Shown here: piece after piece, positions 55,176-59,184 of the stretch
Layout of the letters: each line of letters starts with the position of its first letter
Numbering within the stretch: position 1 is the first letter of the stretch
DNA from: a virus
Lineage: Duplodnaviria; Caudoviricetes
DNA: 59,184 bases
Direction: 5' to 3' (one strand)
IMG/VR virus record: IMGVR_UViG_3300025133_000115
Location: 1 to 59,184 of that record
Position numbers and translations under genes: made by a program
Notes under the pieces: model-generated
Told to the model about the DNA's origin: nothing
Seen by the model: the letters and a program-made list of their open reading frames with translations, nothing else
Databases searched by the model: none

Positions 55176-55186
55176 ACGAAGGTCCT

Positions 55187-55711
55187 ATGGCTAAAGTTTG
55201 CCGTAATGCTGAGGAGCGCGTGGACGTAGCAAGTCGAATGATCAATGAAAGATTCACCGATAAAGAGGTTCGTCGAGCTTTACAAGATCGGTTCGGTGTG
55301 ACCAGGACGACAGCTTGGCGTGATGTCCGCGTCGTGTATGGCGGCAGAAGGACTGACAGGAAGCAGAACTCAATCAGAACTGAGTTCTTTCCTGAGCCTG
55401 AGCAGGCTGACCTTGATGTGGCTTTGGACGTTGACATGCTTGATATTGAGATGTGCGAGCAGGCAATGGAGGATAACGATCCGGCTGTTGTTCTTGTGGC
55501 ATCACAACTGAAGCAACGAACCGGAACAGCGTTCCGTATTCTGCTCGCTGACAGCGAGGCAAGGACTGCGATTAGGATCTACTTGGAACACAAGAAGAAA
55601 GATAACCGCAGGCTTGCCCGCGCTGTGGAGATAGGAGTTCCAACGACAGAGTCGGACAAGAAGGAAGTCATGGCTCGTCTTCGAGATTACTCGCGTCTCC
55701 GTATGACCTGA
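55187..55711 (+). CDS. HTH-containing protein
   Basis: EVRRALQDRFGVTRTTAWRDV. Confidence 0.65.
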   Translation: MAKVCRNAEERVDVASRMINERFTDKEVRRALQDRFGVTRTTAWRDVRVVYGGRRTDRKQNSIRTEFFPEPEQADLDVALDVDMLDIEMCEQAMEDNDPAVVLVASQLKQRTGTAFRILLADSEARTAIRIYLEHKKKDNRRLARAVEIGVPTTESDKKEVMARLRDYSRLRMT

Positions 55712-55910
55712 TTCCACCAGGCAACGGAAGTCCGGTTGTAGCCTCGTAGACTTTACTCTTCTCTTCTTCTGCAATGTCCCAGCTTTCATTCACCGACTTG
55801 CCCTCAACGAAGGCACGGTAGAATGCTCGCCGTGATGCTGTATTACTTTTATCTAAAGCATCCTCATCAAACTCTGAGCGCTTTGGGAACTTCCTATTTG
55901 GAGTTGTCAT
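55668..55910 (-). CDS. Hypothetical protein
   Basis: Overlaps the upstream gene end; convergent overlap with the + gene. Confidence 0.5.
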   Translation of the reverse strand: MTTPNRKFPKRSEFDEDALDKSNTASRRAFYRAFVEGKSVNESWDIAEEEKSKVYEATTGLPLPGGIRSYGDASNLEDEP

Positions 55911-56175
55911 TGAAAGACTCGGCGTATTTTGCAAGCGACTTCCAATCTAATGCTTTCTTTCTACCGCTTGCAAACGCTGGAAACTTTTTGAGTTCGACTC
56001 CTTTAGACCGCATGCGCCGTGCGACATGGTACATGTCTTGGCGAATTACCTTTGTGTCAGCGAATCCAAGCGCATTGATTACTTGTCTAACGTTGTCCGA
56101 GCCCTGCCAGATATGAACAAACCGGCTGGCTGCACCAGGCTTTCCTTGAAGCCACTCTCTTATATCATTGGTCAT
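55894..56175 (-). CDS. Small HTH-like DNA-binding protein (paralog B)
   Basis: F...WQ.SDN..QV...LG...RSKGV.LK.F...LDW..L..AE. Confidence 0.75.
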   Translation of the reverse strand: MTNDIREWLQGKPGAASRFVHIWQGSDNVRQVINALGFADTKVIRQDMYHVARRMRSKGVELKKFPAFASGRKKALDWKSLAKYAESFNDNSK

Positions 56176-56413
56176 TGTACATCTCCGCTACTCCTGACAG
56201 GTTATCCCAGTCGAGTTTAATACTTGGCCTACGTCCCTTTCCAAAGTTCTTCAGGGCTACACCCTTAGACCGATAGAAGCAGGCCCTTGAGCCAAGCTTA
56301 GACGCAGCATTCTGACACCACTCAAGCCCGAGCGTCTCAGCTACTTGCTTTGTGTTGTCGGACGTTTGCCATGCCTCGATAAATTTACGGGCATCAATCT
56401 TGTTAATTTTCAT
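56165..56413 (-). CDS. Small HTH-like DNA-binding protein (paralog A)
   Basis: Same motif as the neighbouring gene; GGAGG RBS. Confidence 0.75.
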   Translation of the reverse strand: MKINKIDARKFIEAWQTSDNTKQVAETLGLEWCQNAASKLGSRACFYRSKGVALKNFGKGRRPSIKLDWDNLSGVAEMYNDQ

Positions 56414-56634
56414 TGGTTACCTCCTGCTTGTTGTTCCGCATTAGTCACGGCATTTTCTCCAAAGATGAAGACCTTCACTTTCCTGTTGAGAATTCTGATT
56501 TCTTCTATTTTTTCTGCCGGATATGGCGGGATGTCCCTCTTACTATAGAAATACATCGCGTGTTGAAGTCCCGATATAACCATCAGGGCTTCGTGAACGC
56601 TCAGATCCATCTCAACGCGGTCGCTAACTTTCAT
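56410..56634 (-). CDS. Hypothetical protein (start revised to MKVSDR)
   Basis: GGAGGT RBS; coupled on both sides. Confidence 0.6.
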   Translation of the reverse strand: MKVSDRVEMDLSVHEALMVISGLQHAMYFYSKRDIPPYPAEKIEEIRILNRKVKVFIFGENAVTNAEQQAGGNQ

Positions 56635-57160
56635 CAGCCACCTCCCCTTGCCCGCCTTGTGGGCTATCGCCTGGGAACAATAGCTCCGCTTCCGGCCTTG
56701 TGAGCCTACGCTCTTGAGCAACCAACCCAACACTCGACACTTTGGTTGCACCCTTGCATTGGATTGGAGGAAGCGAGTCAGCCACTATCTTCTGAACTGT
56801 GGTCAAGGTTTCAGTGAGTCCACACTCCTGCATAAGGTGCTTGGCTGCGTCCTTGTCCATCGCGTGAGCTTCACGAAAAAGCTTAGTGAGCGTTCGCACT
56901 GAGGACTTCTTGGTGTAGCCAGCATGCTTGAGAAGCAATGCAATGACGACGGTGTAAGGGATACGGCTTGTTCCCTTGCGGCTGTAGTCCTCCTTCACTT
57001 CCAACTGAAGCTGACCTACAAGCAGCAAGTCAACGATGTGAGTGCCGGGATCGATTGATTGCCGTGCTGCGGTGAGCTTGGCTTTATCTACAAGCTTGGA
57101 GATAGCCACCAAGGTTTCGTGGGATAGGTCTTCAAGACCATTCTGGATTTCTCTTTTCAT
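56624..57160 (-). CDS. Hypothetical protein
   Basis: First gene after the TTGACA promoter; GAGG RBS. Confidence 0.7.
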   Translation of the reverse strand: MKREIQNGLEDLSHETLVAISKLVDKAKLTAARQSIDPGTHIVDLLLVGQLQLEVKEDYSRKGTSRIPYTVVIALLLKHAGYTKKSSVRTLTKLFREAHAMDKDAAKHLMQECGLTETLTTVQKIVADSLPPIQCKGATKVSSVGLVAQERRLTRPEAELLFPGDSPQGGQGEVADES

Positions 57161-57199
57161 GTTTAGTTGCCTCTTTGTTTTATCCTTATCGGATGTTGT

Positions 57200-57229
57200 T
57201 GTGTATCATTTTACTATACTACTTGTCAA
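57200..57229 (-). promoter_or_regulatory. Sigma70-like early promoter
   Basis: TTGACA (57229-57224), N18, TACACA with extended TG, in an AT-rich gap. Confidence 0.55.
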
Positions 57230-57235
57230 GAAAAT

Positions 57236-57349
57236 AAGGCATCTATTCGACCGCTGACATGCCTTCCTGCTCAGCCGTTTCGCTCTTTAAATAAGAGCCA
57301 GGTCTACTTTTTTTGGGATGAGGCATCTCTTATCTCGTCGCCATGCCTC
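57236..57349. repeat. Twin palindromes AGGCAT-N16-ATGCCT, 84 bp apart
   Basis: 57237-57264 and 57321-57348. Confidence 0.85.
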
Positions 57350-57370
57350 CCTGTGCGACCCCAACCAACC

Positions 57371-57637
57371 TTAGGCTCGTTTATCAGACCACCATGCATG
57401 GAGTCCTGATAGGAACTTCAGTGCATGACGGACATCCTCTCGCTCTTTAGTTGTAGCCCCGTCGTTGTTTGCCAAGAATGCTTTGTAAAGACAGCCTGTG
57501 TCCTTACATAAAGCTTCCATACCACGGTTCACTTTGATTGTGTGTGCAGGTTTACGCGCCATTTGACCTCTCCTTTCTGGGTTAGTAGCCACTATAGCTA
57601 CCATCTTTACTACATTGCGGTCAATCTTGTTTCGCAA
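57371..57637 (-). CDS. Hypothetical protein
   Basis: Likely start at MARKPA after an AGGAGAGG RBS. Confidence 0.55.
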   Translation of the reverse strand: MRNKIDRNVVKMVAIVATNPERRGQMARKPAHTIKVNRGMEALCKDTGCLYKAFLANNDGATTKEREDVRHALKFLSGLHAWWSDKRA

Positions 57638-58071
57638 TCTGTCAGATCCAGTTCGTTGAATGCCTGCGCTCTATACTTCCCAATGTTCTCAAACATTGGA
57701 ACGCCTTGCTCATATGCTCTTATGTCTGGAATGTTCCTTGAAAGATACCCAGTCCTGTCGCAATGCACATGGTACTCGTAAAAGCATTTCTGATCTGCTT
57801 CTACAAACTCAACGCCAGTGAAGTTCATGGGCAGTTCTTCCCACTCTTCTGCGAAAAGCTCAGCCAAGTACACAATGTACCTCGCCGCTAACAGTCTTGG
57901 CTCATCAAGAGCGGGCCTGGTCATCGGCCCAAGCGGCACCTTGATTTCCAGTTCCACTAAGAAGCGAACCAAGTCAGCCATCGCTATCTTTGGATCTCCG
58001 TCCCAGTGTCTGTATATAGCGCAGACCGGCTCGCCTCCTTCACAAAATTTAGTAATACATCTCGTTTCCAT
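57610..58071 (-). CDS. Conserved phage hypothetical protein (M.TR...IY.HWDG.P family)
   Basis: Motif common in phage early regions; GGAGG RBS. Confidence 0.7.
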   Translation of the reverse strand: METRCITKFCEGGEPVCAIYRHWDGDPKIAMADLVRFLVELEIKVPLGPMTRPALDEPRLLAARYIVYLAELFAEEWEELPMNFTGVEFVEADQKCFYEYHVHCDRTGYLSRNIPDIRAYEQGVPMFENIGKYRAQAFNELDLTDCETRLTAM

Positions 58072-58086
58072 TGGTTGCCTCCATGT

Positions 58087-58260
58087 TTATGTTTTTTTTA
58101 TTACTGCGATCACCTGATCGATAAGCTTCATCTTTTGTGAGCACTTTGGTTGATCGTCCTCGTCATACGTCTTGATTCGATGTTGAAGCTCAGCACCAAA
58201 GAAGTGCAGTGCTTCCATAAGAACTGGTAGTTCTTCTTCCATCACTCTCAATGTGATCAT
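58087..58260 (-). CDS. 57-aa hypothetical protein (not in the ORF track)
   Basis: MITLRVMEEELPVLMEALHFF...; AAGGAGAGG RBS; ATGA coupling. Confidence 0.6.
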   Translation of the reverse strand: MITLRVMEEELPVLMEALHFFGAELQHRIKTYDEDDQPKCSQKMKLIDQVIAVIKKT

Positions 58261-58394
58261 TCAGCCTCTCCTTTGTCTACAAGCTCGATGCCTTCTCGTT
58301 GTAGAGAGAAGTAGATGATGCGCCTCTCGATCCTCTGTCCTACGATGAAGCCACACACGAACAGTGCGACTCCAAGTATTAGTTGTTCAACCAT
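58257..58394 (-). CDS. 45-aa single-TM protein (not in the ORF track)
   Basis: MVEQLILGVALFVCGFIVG...; GGAGGTGA RBS. Confidence 0.6.
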   Translation of the reverse strand: MVEQLILGVALFVCGFIVGQRIERRIIYFSLQREGIELVDKGEAE

Positions 58395-58680
58395 CACTCA
58401 CCTCCCAGTCAGGATGCAATGAAGTTTCAGTAGACTCGACGAGCTTGTCTGTGTACTTCTGAGCCATTTCGTTCAATGCATCCATTGATATTGTATTTGT
58501 ATTCGGTATGTGCATACGTCCTGAATGCATCTTGGTACTCCACTTGCCGGTATTTGCATCCCTGCTTTGCACTGTTGTTCGGACGTAATTGTCCTTGACT
58601 TCAAGACGACATCGAATGGGGAGCAAGAACACCTTGCCCCCCTCCTCGACCTCGGTCTCAATCCATTTGCTTCTCTTCAT
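58387..58680 (-). CDS. Hypothetical protein
   Basis: AGGAGG RBS. Confidence 0.65.
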   Translation of the reverse strand: MKRSKWIETEVEEGGKVFLLPIRCRLEVKDNYVRTTVQSRDANTGKWSTKMHSGRMHIPNTNTISMDALNEMAQKYTDKLVESTETSLHPDWEVSDG

Positions 58681-58747
58681 CCGTACCTCCTGTTAGTAGT
58701 GCCCAGTTTCTTTTGAAGTCGAATCCGAGATGGGGTTCTAAACTTCA

Positions 58748-59119
58748 TCACTCCTCCCAGGACTTCCAGCCCAGCGATTCGGGACTGAGGGGCCTTGGCC
58801 TTGTGCAGTCGCGACCGACTGGATGTCCATGATAAACGTCATCGTAATTGTCAGAACAAACGTGGCAGTACACTTCACAATCGCACTTTTCTTTGAGAAG
58901 ATTACACTCCTCACAACACCCACCACAACCCCCGCCCTCGTTGTATTCTCCACACTGTGTGCAGGACTCATTGTCCAGGCCACAACCACTACCCTGTAGC
59001 GCATGCCAAGCCTGGGCAGCGCACTTTATGGAGCAGGAGCTTTCAAAGGCTGCTGGTCTTTTCAGGGCGTTGCCGCATGACGCACAGTAACCGTGCTTTG
59101 GTCTACGTTTAGCCATCAC
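58748..59119 (-). CDS. Cys-rich hypothetical protein
   Basis: Multiple CxxC pairs; AAGGAGG RBS. Confidence 0.65.
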   Translation of the reverse strand: MMAKRRPKHGYCASCGNALKRPAAFESSCSIKCAAQAWHALQGSGCGLDNESCTQCGEYNEGGGCGGCCEECNLLKEKCDCEVYCHVCSDNYDDVYHGHPVGRDCTRPRPLSPESLGWKSWEE

Positions 59120-59184
59120 TCGCCTCCTTCTAAGATGGCGGTCAACCCTTGAAGGTGCGCCAGCATGTTGTTGGCCCTTTCGGC

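Overview
This window appears to be most of a ~59-kb tailed dsDNA bacteriophage genome with a podovirus-like layout. It carries TerS/TerL, portal, scaffold, major capsid, decoration, adaptor/nozzle, tail-fibre and ejection genes on the + strand (2.4-47.2 kb). A lysis cassette follows, then a recombination/replication module (RecT, YqaJ, XRE regulator, RuvC-like resolvase, initiator with an internal iteron origin, DnaB) and small, mostly minus-strand accessory genes at both ends. SSB lies at the left end. No integrase, polymerase, tRNA or CRISPR array was seen. The most striking element is a 5166-aa virion 'polyvalent' protein (26% of the window). It holds two intact and one degenerate zincin domains and two ADP-ribosyltransferase-like domains, with module boundaries marked by a recurring RGRxMYGPP motif. 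One zincin module is bracketed by a perfect but order-swapped (AB...BA) DNA duplication. Several unrelated putative internal proteins share a C-terminal acidic-hydrophobic tag. A twin 28-bp palindrome, SD-sequestering leaders and a repetitive genome end are also visible. All family assignments come from motif recognition, not database searches.
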